A stretch of 64,000 nt of DNA from Dimorphilus gyrociliatus (Eukaryota > Animalia > Annelida): contig CAJFCJ010000008.1 of NCBI GenBank assembly GCA_904063045.1, positions 558,001-622,000 on the forward strand, written 5' to 3'. A model generated the notes under the pieces. That model had not been told where the DNA came from. It worked only from the letters and a program-made list of their open reading frames with translations, and ran no database searches. Each line of letters begins with the position of its first letter. Position 1 is the stretch's first letter. This document shows, piece by piece, positions 24,906 to 36,368 of the stretch. Both the position numbers and the translations under genes were made by a program.

Positions 24906-26290
24906 TTAGAGAATTTGGCATGAAGATCTGGAACGAATTTCTGGATAAACTCTTAAACTTTGATCATAAATCCATAATTTCTTAATAGTTTTTTTACCCT
25001 TTAATCTATATTTTATCTCATTAATTGGTATTATTAATAACTTTTGCCTCTAAATTCAATTAAAAGTTGTATTAAAAATAAATTATATCAAAGATATTTT
25101 ATGCATACTTCTTGTAAAATTCTATGATCTTTACTGATTTTACTACTATTATGAACTAATATTTGAGAATTATCATTAATCTCTTTAATTGGAAAATTCG
25201 TTATAGGATAGGCTCTTCTTGATGAACGTTCAAATATAACTGTGCCATATATATCTTTGATAATCCTTTCCGGTACATTATATTTTATTAAATCGTAATC
25301 GATACTATAAACTTTACTAATAACGTATTAGTTGTAATTTTGTTCTTCTAAATGGAATGATTGAATATACTAACAAACTAATAGTTAGTTGAATATGGAG
25401 TTTAATCATTTTATTTCCATGGCAACTTGTACATTGAATATTTCCTCTTCCTTTACACTTTGAGCATCTTGATAGAAAAATATAAAATATCTATTTTTAA
25501 TAGACAATTAACGTAATGAATATACAAAATACTCAGCATCTTTTTTCATCTTTTGACAATTCATCCCGCAATCGATAATTCCAGTTTCGTTACATTTCTT
25601 ACAAGGAAATATCTAATTTGAGTATATATATATATGTATATATGAATAAATGATTAATTAAAAACTATATTGCAGTATTTATAAATTTTTTGCAGTACAT
25701 GTTCCGTATGAGGTATTTTCATTATCTTTATTTCATTTTGGAACATACTTTGAGGAATATATTTGATATCCCAAGGTTTAAGTATAACACCCATTTGGGG
25801 TCCATCGATTTCATGTCCATCATACGGCTCATAAATCCATCGTACTTTGCGTGTTTCGTAAAACGTGTCTAAAGTATACTTAAAGAAGTATAATACAATT
25901 TTTGTGTTAAAGTTAAATCAATTGCTATAAAAACAAAAAATTATTGATTACTCTAAATATAGGAGTCTTTTCTATGGTTTCAACAGTAACTTTACTTGAT
26001 AACTTTGTTTCCAGATGGAAACAGAAGCACTTTCGTGTATCAATAACTTTTGAACGGATTTCATCATTGTTAGGTAAATTAACTTTTTTATATATTATCT
26101 TTGACATATATTCTTCTTCTGCGCAATCAAATTGATCTTGAAAAGGTGGACTAACAAGACAATCCTCATTCCTTATATTAGAATAATTCTCCAATTTAGG
26201 TATATTAAAATAATTTATATCATTATCATTATCAACTTGATCAATGGTTGCCGATAGAGAAAGTTCTTCCAAACTATCCTTTTTCGCCAT
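24906..26290 (-). CDS. SSUH2: Ssu-2 homolog (SSUH2-like) CxxC zinc-finger protein with C-terminal CaaX, multi-exon
   Basis: Hand-spliced exons give YTLDTFYETR..W.YEPYDGHEIDGPQMG...PWDI...MFQ...IPH, CKKCNETG, CSKCKGRGNIQCTSCHG, YPITNFP, and end SCQIL*. Matches the recalled SSUH2 layout. Confidence 0.8.
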
Positions 26291-26467
26291 AATAATATAT
26301 CTTAGAAATTATCTTCTCTTCTATTATTTTAATTTCAAATTCTGACATCATAAAAGCTTTTTGTTTTCTTTTAAAATAGAATTTTGGAAGGAAATAATGG
26401 ATTAAATACGAAAATATACTTAAGGATTAAGAATAATCTAATTATCTATAGAAATTATTATAAGCTA

Positions 26468-27305
26468 TTATAACAATAAACCATATTTAATAGTATTAGA
26501 TAACCTTGGTGGGAGCACTGGTCTTTTTTCTTATTTTATATAAATGTATATGATAAAGATAATAATTTATCTTACGTGTTATTGTCGTTTGAATGTCGGT
26601 TGTTATACTTATAGACTCAGTAGTTATGTACGTAGTTGATGGAGAAGTTGTAGTCTCTTCCCTATTCTGATTTACTGAAAAAGAGATGGAGGATGTAAAA
26701 CTTATGACTTATATTTCTGGTAATAAACAGGTATATATTCTTTAAATACTTACATATTATTTTACAAAGTACGGCATATCTCCTATTACATGATGAATCA
26801 TGAAATTGTCCTATTCGTCTTCCGTTCCTTATTAGAGTGTACGTTCTCAAACAACCAGTCCTTTCATTTAGAGATGCCGATACAAAAAATGATCCTGAAT
26901 TCTTATTGAAAGTTGTTCCATCCGTCCAAGTATAACCGTCGAAAGAGGATAAATCTCCTGTGGTTTTTCTTAAACCCATCCAAAAGTCACGATTAACGCT
27001 AAACAATTATAATTCAGTTATATTGAATAAAAATTAAACTATATTCTATATAAAGTGTACCCAAGATTCGTTTGGATAAAAGACATTTCTTGATCATCGT
27101 GAATGCTAACTGAATTTCCTCCATTCTGTTCGCAGAAGTTTTGAGACTCTTCGAAGTTATACAGTTGACTATAGAATCTATAACACGCGTGTTTTTGAGA
27201 GTAATACGTCCAATACTTCATACATTGTGTTGTGGAAGCAAAACGGAAATGAGAGACACTTAAAAAGAGGATAAGTGGAAGAGAGAATGAATCGGAAGGT
27301 ACCAT
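26468..27305 (-). CDS. Secreted C-type lectin domain protein with Thr-rich C-terminal segment, about four exons
   Basis: Signal peptide, then C...W......CYRF......F.E.Q.FC...GG.SVSIH...E..FI, FWMGL, YTWTDGT, C, F.D..C......LCK. The 3' exons are tentative. Confidence 0.8.
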
Positions 27306-27694
27306 CTTGTACGATAGTTGACAACAGTTTGAATAAAGTGTAAGGAAAAAGATTTTATAGTATAAGAGAATTGTGTTAATTAATCAAAGTTGCCAACTGA
27401 AATAATGAATGAGAGTATGGTTTCTTTGCTATTTTACTTTATCGCGTACAAGAAAAAAGGTCATATATTAATGATAATTTGTTGAATAGCGGTATTATAT
27501 ACTATATATTAAGATATGAATATTCTTTACAGTTGAAAAGAGGTGTTGAAGAAGAGTGTGAATGATAAATTGTCTTGAGGAGATGGACATTAGTTATTCA
27601 ATCTTTTGTGTAATCTAATTAAGCGTTTGTAAATAAATTTGAACAGATAAGCAATTATTTATAATTAATAGCAAAATGTGGAGCTTGGAAAAAA

Positions 27695-28549
27695 TTAGCA
27701 GTCGTTCAAGCTTTTCTTATAATCAGATATAACAAGGGAACCGTAATAGCAGAAAAATGCTGCAACAACGACACATATATGAAATATTTGATGACTTTGG
27801 CACCAAATATCGAATTTGCCCGCCCATAACCTCTCTGGAAAACGGAAGACATAATTTAAGGCACCTCCTATATATGTGACTGCCATAAGAATCAACCAGC
27901 CCAGAGCTGATCTATTAAAACTTATTTCTAGACCTTCATTTATCAGATAGTGAACTGCAGGAAATACGCCGCTTAAACCCAAACCAATAAATAGTCCAGC
28001 CCTTAATGGCCGATATTTGGGCAGTGCAAATTTTTCCCACATGGATATAATGATGGAAGATGAACCGAGTACAACTATAAGAATTGCATAGAATATCATT
28101 GCCTTAGTCTGACAATAGAAGCCGTAATATAACCATGGACTGAAACTTCCCATTATCATGCAGGCTATTCCACAATAATCCAATTTACTAAAGAGCTTAT
28201 TTATACTTTCCGAATGGCAAAGAAAGGTATGGAAAGCGGTAGAAAACAAAAGACATAGAATAGATCCGGTAAAGAATATTAGAAAAGCTATCTTGTCACT
28301 CCAGTTGTATCGAATAGATGGTTGAAAAACAAACCATACAGTTAAGCACACGAACGTTAAGCAACCCAATAAATGTGTCCATATATTTCCTGTTTCAGAA
28401 TGAATAGCAAATATTGACTTGGAACATGTCTTGAACGAAGGTATTTGGGGTCGATGACCACCTAATAAGTAATTATTATCTTGCAGCCATTTAGGTAGTT
28501 GCGAAAATTTCACAGGTCTCCATCGAGGCTTAATTAATTTCTTATTCAT
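27695..28549 (-). CDS. ADIPOR: Adiponectin receptor / PAQR family 7TM protein, single exon, short N-terminus
   Basis: LPKWLQDN.YL..GHRP, IFAIHSETGNIWTHLLG, STAFHTF.CHS, KLDYCGI, FPERLWAGKFDIWCQSHQIFH. An in-frame TGA lies just upstream, so the first ATG is at 28549. Confidence 0.93.
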   Translation of the reverse strand: MNKKLIKPRWRPVKFSQLPKWLQDNNYLLGGHRPQIPSFKTCSKSIFAIHSETGNIWTHLLGCLTFVCLTVWFVFQPSIRYNWSDKIAFLIFFTGSILCLLFSTAFHTFLCHSESINKLFSKLDYCGIACMIMGSFSPWLYYGFYCQTKAMIFYAILIVVLGSSSIIISMWEKFALPKYRPLRAGLFIGLGLSGVFPAVHYLINEGLEISFNRSALGWLILMAVTYIGGALNYVFRFPERLWAGKFDIWCQSHQIFHICVVVAAFFCYYGSLVISDYKKSLNDC

Positions 28550-29173
28550 TATTTTCAATCAAACGTCTCAAGATGATCTAGAAAAATTTTTTTGCAGTTC
28601 AATTCTTTGGATTATTATCAGTAAAATTAAGAGTTTTAAAGGTCGTCTATCATTACTTTTATCCTACAACAAAAATTCAATACAGTGCAAAGGTAGCGTA
28701 GTGTGTTTTAATCAATAAAACGCTGAAAGTAATTTTCCTATTATCGATTGTCTATGCAGATAAAACTGCGATATGATAATCTCAATATATATTAACAAAA
28801 ATGATAAAGAATAGTAAGCAATATCTCTAGACACGATTCATATATCTCAGATATTTTATTTTTGCATACGTTAGTATTGAATAACTGACTAGTCTTTCAC
28901 TGTTCACGCTTCACATTCCACATTCGTTTCTATGCTTACCATATAAACAGGTATTACTAATACTTCGTATAAATTGTTCAGATTGTATATGTTTACTGGT
29001 ATTGCTATACATTTACATGTTATATATTTAGATATATAATTTGCACAGGTGCATGTGAATTTTGTTGTTAAATACTTTAACAACGAAACAAAATATTGTA
29101 CGCAGGTAAGCGGAAAGAGCAGTATTGTTACGCGAGACGTGACCTGATATTCAGTGCTGACTAGCGTTTAAAA

Positions 29174-30576
29174 ATGGAACGAACTGGTAATGGAAAAGCT
29201 TTTAAAACTTGTTTTATCGTTATGACTTTATCACTAGTTATATTAATTTCTCTTGGAGTATTTCATGGAGCAAAGAGGAGTAAAAGGTAAGTTCTGATCT
29301 TTAATAACATATATCTCTTCCAATTTAATTATCTTTCAGTCAAACATTATTTCTACCTCCTCCTGTAGTGGAGGAATTTATAAATTGGCCAAAGGATAGA
29401 CCAAAGGTGGCACGACATTCTGTGATAAGCGAATTTGAGAGTTCGATTTCTCAACCGAACGTGCCCGATGAACCACCATGGCCGAAACCATTACCGCCCA
29501 GTAAGACAAACAATCGGTATATTCTGTATGAGTGTGCATCCAATATGGCCTGCGGTGGCTGGTCAAATAGGTTATACGGTATTGTTGCCCTATATATATT
29601 AGCGATCATGTACGACAGATCAATAGTTGTCAAAATGGACAGACCTTGTGATATAAGACAGTTTCTTGATCCAAGAGATATACATTGGAATGTGACAATT
29701 CCCAACAAAAATTGGTCTAAAACAAGTCTCAGCGGAATATATGGTCATAAAATTTCATTGTCACGACTGCAGGATTTAGAGAGAAAATTAACAAATAAAG
29801 ATATAACTGTTGCTCGTGTTAACATTGCTCAATTGGGTTATATTCACCTCTTTGCTACTGTAAAACATTTTAAGAACAAACTATTAGAGAAAGGCTTCAC
29901 GGAAAGACAATTACAACACCTCACACTTCTGCATTTTCCTTTAAAATATCAAGTTTATGATCTGTTATTCAAATTAAAGCCGTATCTACAGGAAAGAAAA
30001 GATAACTATTTAAAGACTTTTGATAAGAAACCACTTATTTGTGCTCATGTACGAACAGGAGGTGGCAAAACGATTCCGGGAGATTCCGCTAGAGGAAGGA
30101 TGTTTGGAACAAAAACGCTCTGGGCATTCTTACAAGAGAAATTACTATTTGATAAGTTTAAAGATGCTAAAGTATTCCTTGCTACTGATAATGATGCAGT
30201 TCGAGAAGAGTTTAAAAAAACATTTGGACATGTAGGAACAGAGATATCAGGCAATATAGTGCATATTGATAGATGGGGATCTCAAAAGAGAACCATTCAT
30301 GATAAAGCAGCTGCATGCCACGGAATGGATAAAGTATTATTAGATTTTGAAATTATGAGTGAATGTGATCTTCTTGTGATAACTTGGCGAAGTGGATTTA
30401 GTACAATGCCTGCCTTACGAAATAGACATCGTAATGAATTATACGTTTGGAGATGCGAAAAAAATAGTTGTTGGGTTGAGCCAATGTATAGATTTCAGGA
30501 TGAAAGCAGAAGAGAATTTAGTGAAGCCATTAACAGACAACCTTATGTCAACTGCAAAGACATTTTTAAATGTTAA
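29174..30576 (+). CDS. Fucosyltransferase-like GT-B glycosyltransferase, type II membrane protein, copy A (two exons)
   Basis: Exon 1 encodes a TM anchor (FIVMTLSLVILISLGVF). Exon 2 has CGGWSNRLYG, ICAHVRTG, VFLATD, LLDFEIMSECDLLVITWRSGFS, resembling motifs I-III of alpha-1,2/1,6/O-fucosyltransferases. Confidence 0.8.
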
Positions 30577-31516
30577 TGTTAGGGACAATATTAAAATTTT
30601 AGTTAGGAATTATTATGGATTTCTCTACTGCAAAAGTAGAGTATTCTTGCGTATCAAATTTATTACTGTTAAATTATTTGTTTCAATGTTTTTAGTTGTT
30701 ACTGGGGGTTAAAAACTATTTGCTCTTACTTGCGTTTTTTAATTTGAAATGCTATTATTGTGATATTTATTTTCTCTATTTTTATTAGCATATGCAATTT
30801 TCTGAGTTTTTATTCGATAAAATATACAAATTCTTGTGGAAATGTATTAATTTTTAACTCTAAAGTATAACTTAACAGTATAAAATATCTTCACAATTTA
30901 AAAATGGCAGCTTTTTGATTGCATTTATAAATAAATTTCTAGTTTCATTTTGAAATTTATAAAATGGTTCAATCCAACAACTACCTCCTTCGCATCTCCA
31001 AACGTATAATTCATTACGATGTCTATTTCGTAAGGCAGGCATTGTACTAAATCCACTTCGCCAAGTTATCACAAGAAGATCACATTCACTCATAATTTCA
31101 AAATCTAATAATACTTTATCCATTCCGTGGCATGCAGCTGCTTTATCATGAATGGTTCTCTTTTGAGATTTCCATCTATCAATATGCACTATATTGCCTG
31201 ATATCTCTGTCCCTACATGTCCAAATGTTTTTTTAAACTCTTCTCGAACTTCATCATCATCAGTAGCAAGGAACACTTTAGCATCTTTAAATTTATTAAT
31301 TTGTAGTTTCTCTTGTAAGAATGCCCAGAGCGTTTTTGTTCCAAACATCCTTCCTCTAGCGGCATCTCCCGGAATCGTTTTGCCACCTCCTGTTCGTACA
31401 TGAGCACAAATAAGTGGTTTCTTATCAAAAGTCTTTAAATAGTTATCTTTCCTTTCCTGTAGATACGGCTTTAATTTGAATAACAGATCATAAATTTGAT
31501 ATTTTAAAGGAAAATG
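29932..31516. repeat. Inverted repeat: about 528 bp arms (29932-30459 and 30990-31516) with a 530 bp spacer, formed by the 3' halves of the two glycosyltransferase genes
   Basis: For example AATAGACATCGTAATGAATTATACGTTTGGAGATGCGAA (30421-30459) is the exact reverse complement of the sequence starting at 30990. Near identity continues across the arms. Confidence 0.93.
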
Positions 31517-32344
31517 TAAAAAAGTTAATTTATCCAATTGACTTTCACTAAATCCTTTTTCAAGAAGCCTCGTTCTGTAAAATTTCACTTTTGAGAATAG
31601 TGCTATATATCCAGTTTGTGCTATATGAATATTAATTACGGGATTTCTTTGATTTCTTAGACTTTTATCCAAATCCTTTAATTTATCGAAAGAAATTTCA
31701 TAACCATTTATTTCGTTAAAGCTAATGTTGATCCAATTTTGTGGAATGTCGACATCCCATTGAACATATCTTGGTTGTAGAAAGTGCACTAGAGAACATG
31801 GTCGATTTATTTTTATTGCTAAGGACCTATCATAGATTATCGCGATGAAATAGGCACCAATCATCCCATAAAGTCTATTGGACCATCCACCGCATAGTTT
31901 ATCAAAGCATTCATAGACGACAAAGTGATTGTTTGTTTCATTCGGAGGTAGTGGTAATGGCCATTGAGGTAGATCCGGAACATTTGGTTGTGATATGGTA
32001 CTCTTAAACTCATTAACAACTGAGTCTGGTTTTACTTTAGGCCTTTCAGGGGGCCATTCCAATGAACTAACCATCGGGACTGGTTTAATAGTAAAATTGA
32101 CAACTTCATGATCCTTTTTAGGAAGAGGAAGAATATAAACATCACTGGATGTATCGCTACAACAAGAAAAATTCCCTTTTAGTTAATATTTATTAGTTTT
32201 CTTTTATTTTTTACTTATTTTGACCTACATTTCAAAAATTGAGTGATTAAAAGAAAACGTAATATATAGAAGAAAGTTACCAATAACAAATACTAGTAAT
32301 ATTCTGAAATATATCCTAACATTTCCACCTTCAGAGTAATTCAT
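30872..32344 (-). CDS. Fucosyltransferase-like GT-B glycosyltransferase, copy B, convergent with copy A (two exons)
   Basis: ATG 32344, TM anchor IYFRILLVFVIGNFLLYITF, phase-2 intron, then the same motifs as copy A. Ends FLNCEDILYC*. Confidence 0.8.
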
Positions 32345-33722
32345 GTCATCGATAAAACCTATATTTAAGCAGAAGATAATTAAAAGATGCAAATTAGTAG
32401 ATTAAAAGATTTAATATAAAAGTTACCCATATGGCTTTATACTCCGCTTTATTTTAATATTATCCCAGTTTTCTCAAATACAATTTATCCTAGAAAATAT
32501 CCAGATTAGGCATAATTCCTGTAAAATAAATGTTTTATCTAGATTTTTATGTTCCTGACAACATATAATTTTTACTTTCACGAATAAACAAAGTCTTTAG
32601 CTTGTATTGTTTTTATTCTAAAATTAGGTTAAACAATAGCCTACTTTCTTATAGACAGAACAGCTGAATTTATAGAAAAAACCAATAAAAGCGACAGCAC
32701 ATCAATACTGATAGATGCTTTCGTATAAGATTCAAATTGAGTAGTCACCTGTTTTTTCCTTGTTGTTTCTTATTATCTCTATCTTATTTGATAAATATGG
32801 AGACAAAATTTATTTATACCAAGTTAAAATATATCAATCAATTTCTCACTAATATAAACAGTAAATTACCATGTCAACCTAAGCTGATTGAGCCACCTTC
32901 CTATTGTAAAGCTCTAACAAAGACAAGACTATAAGAAAATACTATTAATGTTTATGTCATAGTGAAATATTTAACTTGAATTCATTCAAGAATTTAACAT
33001 ACAATTTATATTTGATTCTAATGGAAGAATAAACAATATCTTGGTTTTTTAGTTGTTTTTCTACTAAATTTTTCTATATCTATATACATATTGCACTTTA
33101 AGTTAATAGTCGTGACTGTACTTACTATAAACTTTTTAACGAACGTTGAAAAGTACTTCATTGTCTTTAAGAGATTTATTACGTCATGTTTTTAGGACAA
33201 GAAAAACGAAAGGTCAATGATGTAGATAAAATTCACTTTGTATATCTTTATTTTAATATAGAACAAGTCATGTCCGTTGACACGATAATTTAAAAATGGA
33301 ATAAAGCCTGAGAAACAGTAATATGTTTAATAAAAAATAAATTAAACTATAACTTTTAAGAGTTTAAACCTTCGAAACTATTAAACATTCTTTTACTGCT
33401 AAAAATAACACAGGTATTGAAATGATTGGATATTCATTCGTACTTCCTTTCCTATCTAATAACGCCCAAAACGTGACTGTTATATCGATAAAACAATCTA
33501 TTATTAAAAATGTAACAACAAAAGAATTTTATATGAATCATTTAGTTTATTATTTGACCTTTTTATCACTTTTTTCTAGGCCTATATTAGGCGAATAGAA
33601 AGAAAAATATTCATAATACAAAAAAAGAAAAATTTTTTCTTTTTCTTTTTAAAAAAAAAACTAATTCAACTTTTATTTTTTGAAATAATTAAAAGAAAAC
33701 AGAGGAAAATGGATCGATAAAA

Positions 33723-35969
33723 ATGAATATTGTATTATATTTCTATTATCTATTTAACGTATTTAATCAATTAATAATCAATGGTTATATTATTGATTGT
33801 CAATTTGAATATGATTATATATCTATTAAATTAATAGGCGAGAGTTTAATTGAAAATTCAACAATAATAACAAACTACGAAGAATGTAATTCAAGTTTAA
33901 AAATAACAAATTCAAGTGTCAATCATATGAAAATTGTTTGCTATGATAATATTAATAATTTAAATATTGAATATATCAATTTAATATCATTAAGAGAATT
34001 TAATATCTTATTAAATTTAATTACAATTACAAACTGTAATAAAACTATTAATATCTATGATAATTACGATAAGAAATTAATGATAATATTATATAATAGC
34101 TATAAACTACCTTGTTTGGTTAATATATTTAATACCGAAATAGGTATTAAAGTTTACGTTGAACCAGATTTAGAATATATAAGATACGTTACAATTAATT
34201 ATCTATTAGGTAATAATTGTAATTCTCTATTTAAATCTTTAATTAATTCTTTGACAATTGATTATTCACCAATAACAAACGAAAAGAATCTATTATTATT
34301 AAAATATCTCATTGTTCACGTTTATCTATTACCTACAAACTTAAATGGTAATTTACTAGTTCAACTTCGAAGGAATATGTTAATTCACCTAAAGAATAAA
34401 AGTTTAATTAATAATTCTAGTGTGTCATTATTTAAATACAGCTATTACTTAATAAAAAGATCATTTAGGATAAAATCTTACGAGAGTAACAATCTCTTTC
34501 CAGTAAGATTTATTATTCTATCTTGTTCATCAACAGAAATACGAATATTGAATAACTTTTATCATATTGTTCAATATCTGATATTATTCAATAGGAAAAA
34601 TCTTCCTAAATCATTATTACTAAAGAAGTTAATTAATTGCTGTAATAATTATAATTTATTCACTGATAATTGTAAAATAATATGGAAACAAATAGATAAT
34701 ATACAATGTATAAGGAGAAATGATAATCATTTATACTTTAATTGGAATATTAATAATTTTTATAATTGTACTGAAAATCTTAAAGTTATTCATGAAATTT
34801 CAATAGAATGTTCTAATTTATATTCATCAATTAAAAATCCTAAATATTTACAAATATCTACGAAATATCTTCATTATCATTTCGCAAAGTTACGTATTAT
34901 TAATTGTAAAAGTTATGATCTAATTAAAATGAATATTCATAAGAATATATTCAGTATTGAGATAATTAATTCCCAGTTAATCTATTTACCTTGTTCATTT
35001 CGTGTAAATTCATTAAATTTATCAATTAAATTGAATGATATTCAATTTAAATCGATTAATATATTATCGATATTATCGGATGATCATTGTCCATCTTTGG
35101 AGAGATCGTCGTTTAATTCTATTAAAAAATTATATATTATTAATAATAATAGAGAAAATTGTATCATTTGGATAGTTGATTTAAAGACGTTCTTTGACAA
35201 GAGTCGTAAGATTGAAACTATCCGTAAAATAGCTTTATCTTCAAATATAATCATTGATTTTTTGTCGGCATTTAATTATGTTTATTTTGAATTTATCATC
35301 AAATTCCAATCAGTTTTGGTGAAATTTCAAAGTGTTTACGATTGTTATCTTATGGATCTTGTTAATATGAAATTATTGAATGGTTATAGCAATATTCAAT
35401 TTGTTCACGTTTCGAATTATAAAGGTAAATGCCATTTGAAATACTGGAAAGAATCCGAATTGAAAGAATACGTTTGCAATTGTATTAGAATTTATATTTA
35501 TCATCATTTCGACTGTTCAACCGCTTTTCATATTCAACCAAAAATTCAAACTACCGTATTATCACCCTATTCCACTACAATATTTGGAATTAATGGTTCG
35601 AGAACACGTCCAACAAGACCTACACATCCACCTTCGGGACGTGAATTTTTAGCTCTAATAGCCCTATTATATACAGTTTTAATTGCAGTAAATCTATTTA
35701 TAATCTTCCACGTTGGTATCTATATTGATAAAAGATGTATGAAATTTTCATTGAAATATAGAAGATTCAAAGAAGAATGGTCAAATAAAATTCTATTAAA
35801 ATTTCCCATTATGAAGTTAATAATAAAGGGAAATGTTATTACCGACGAAGAGATTAATAGGCTTGAAGATGAACTTGTTGAAAAATCATCTCAAAATAGT
35901 AAATCGGCTGAAATTTTTGTAGAAAAAACAATAAGAAAATTATTAAAAGAGCAAAAAAAGAAAAAATAA
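33723..35969 (+). CDS. Unknown type I membrane protein, possibly a degenerate leucine-rich-repeat ectodomain; single 748-codon ORF
   Basis: Hydrophobic N-terminus, LRR-like strings (IEIINSQLIYLP, FNSIKKLYIINN), a Cys cluster followed by a Thr/Pro stalk, TM FLALIALLYTVLIAVNLFIIFHVGIYI, and a basic/acidic tail. An open frame this long in such AT-rich DNA implies selection. Confidence 0.6.
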   Translation: MNIVLYFYYLFNVFNQLIINGYIIDCQFEYDYISIKLIGESLIENSTIITNYEECNSSLKITNSSVNHMKIVCYDNINNLNIEYINLISLREFNILLNLITITNCNKTINIYDNYDKKLMIILYNSYKLPCLVNIFNTEIGIKVYVEPDLEYIRYVTINYLLGNNCNSLFKSLINSLTIDYSPITNEKNLLLLKYLIVHVYLLPTNLNGNLLVQLRRNMLIHLKNKSLINNSSVSLFKYSYYLIKRSFRIKSYESNNLFPVRFIILSCSSTEIRILNNFYHIVQYLILFNRKNLPKSLLLKKLINCCNNYNLFTDNCKIIWKQIDNIQCIRRNDNHLYFNWNINNFYNCTENLKVIHEISIECSNLYSSIKNPKYLQISTKYLHYHFAKLRIINCKSYDLIKMNIHKNIFSIEIINSQLIYLPCSFRVNSLNLSIKLNDIQFKSINILSILSDDHCPSLERSSFNSIKKLYIINNNRENCIIWIVDLKTFFDKSRKIETIRKIALSSNIIIDFLSAFNYVYFEFIIKFQSVLVKFQSVYDCYLMDLVNMKLLNGYSNIQFVHVSNYKGKCHLKYWKESELKEYVCNCIRIYIYHHFDCSTAFHIQPKIQTTVLSPYSTTIFGINGSRTRPTRPTHPPSGREFLALIALLYTVLIAVNLFIIFHVGIYIDKRCMKFSLKYRRFKEEWSNKILLKFPIMKLIIKGNVITDEEINRLEDELVEKSSQNSKSAEIFVEKTIRKLLKEQKKKK

Positions 35970-36368
35970 AAAAGTGAATGACTTTTAATATTTTCTTTGT
36001 TTTTATTATTTTCCATTTGATCTCTTAATTTTAAAGAGAAAAAACTGGAAGAAATAATAATAATTATAATAAATGAACAATAAAAAAAAGAAAATATATA
36101 TAAATACTATTTAAATATGATTTTATTATATGTTTTATTGTTGAAAATTTGCATCATTTTTGTGTTTTTTTTTCCATAACTGCCTGACTAGTAAACGATA
36201 GTTAATTGTTTAACAAAAAGAAAAAAAAAACAATATTTTTAAAAGCCTAGGTTATGTCTCTCGTATTCCTTTTTTTTTGTTTTTTACCTGATAAATTATA
36301 TTTTTTAACCAATTTCTTTGTTTACAATCTATATTTGTTGGGTTTTTATTCAATCTTGGTAAGACTTT

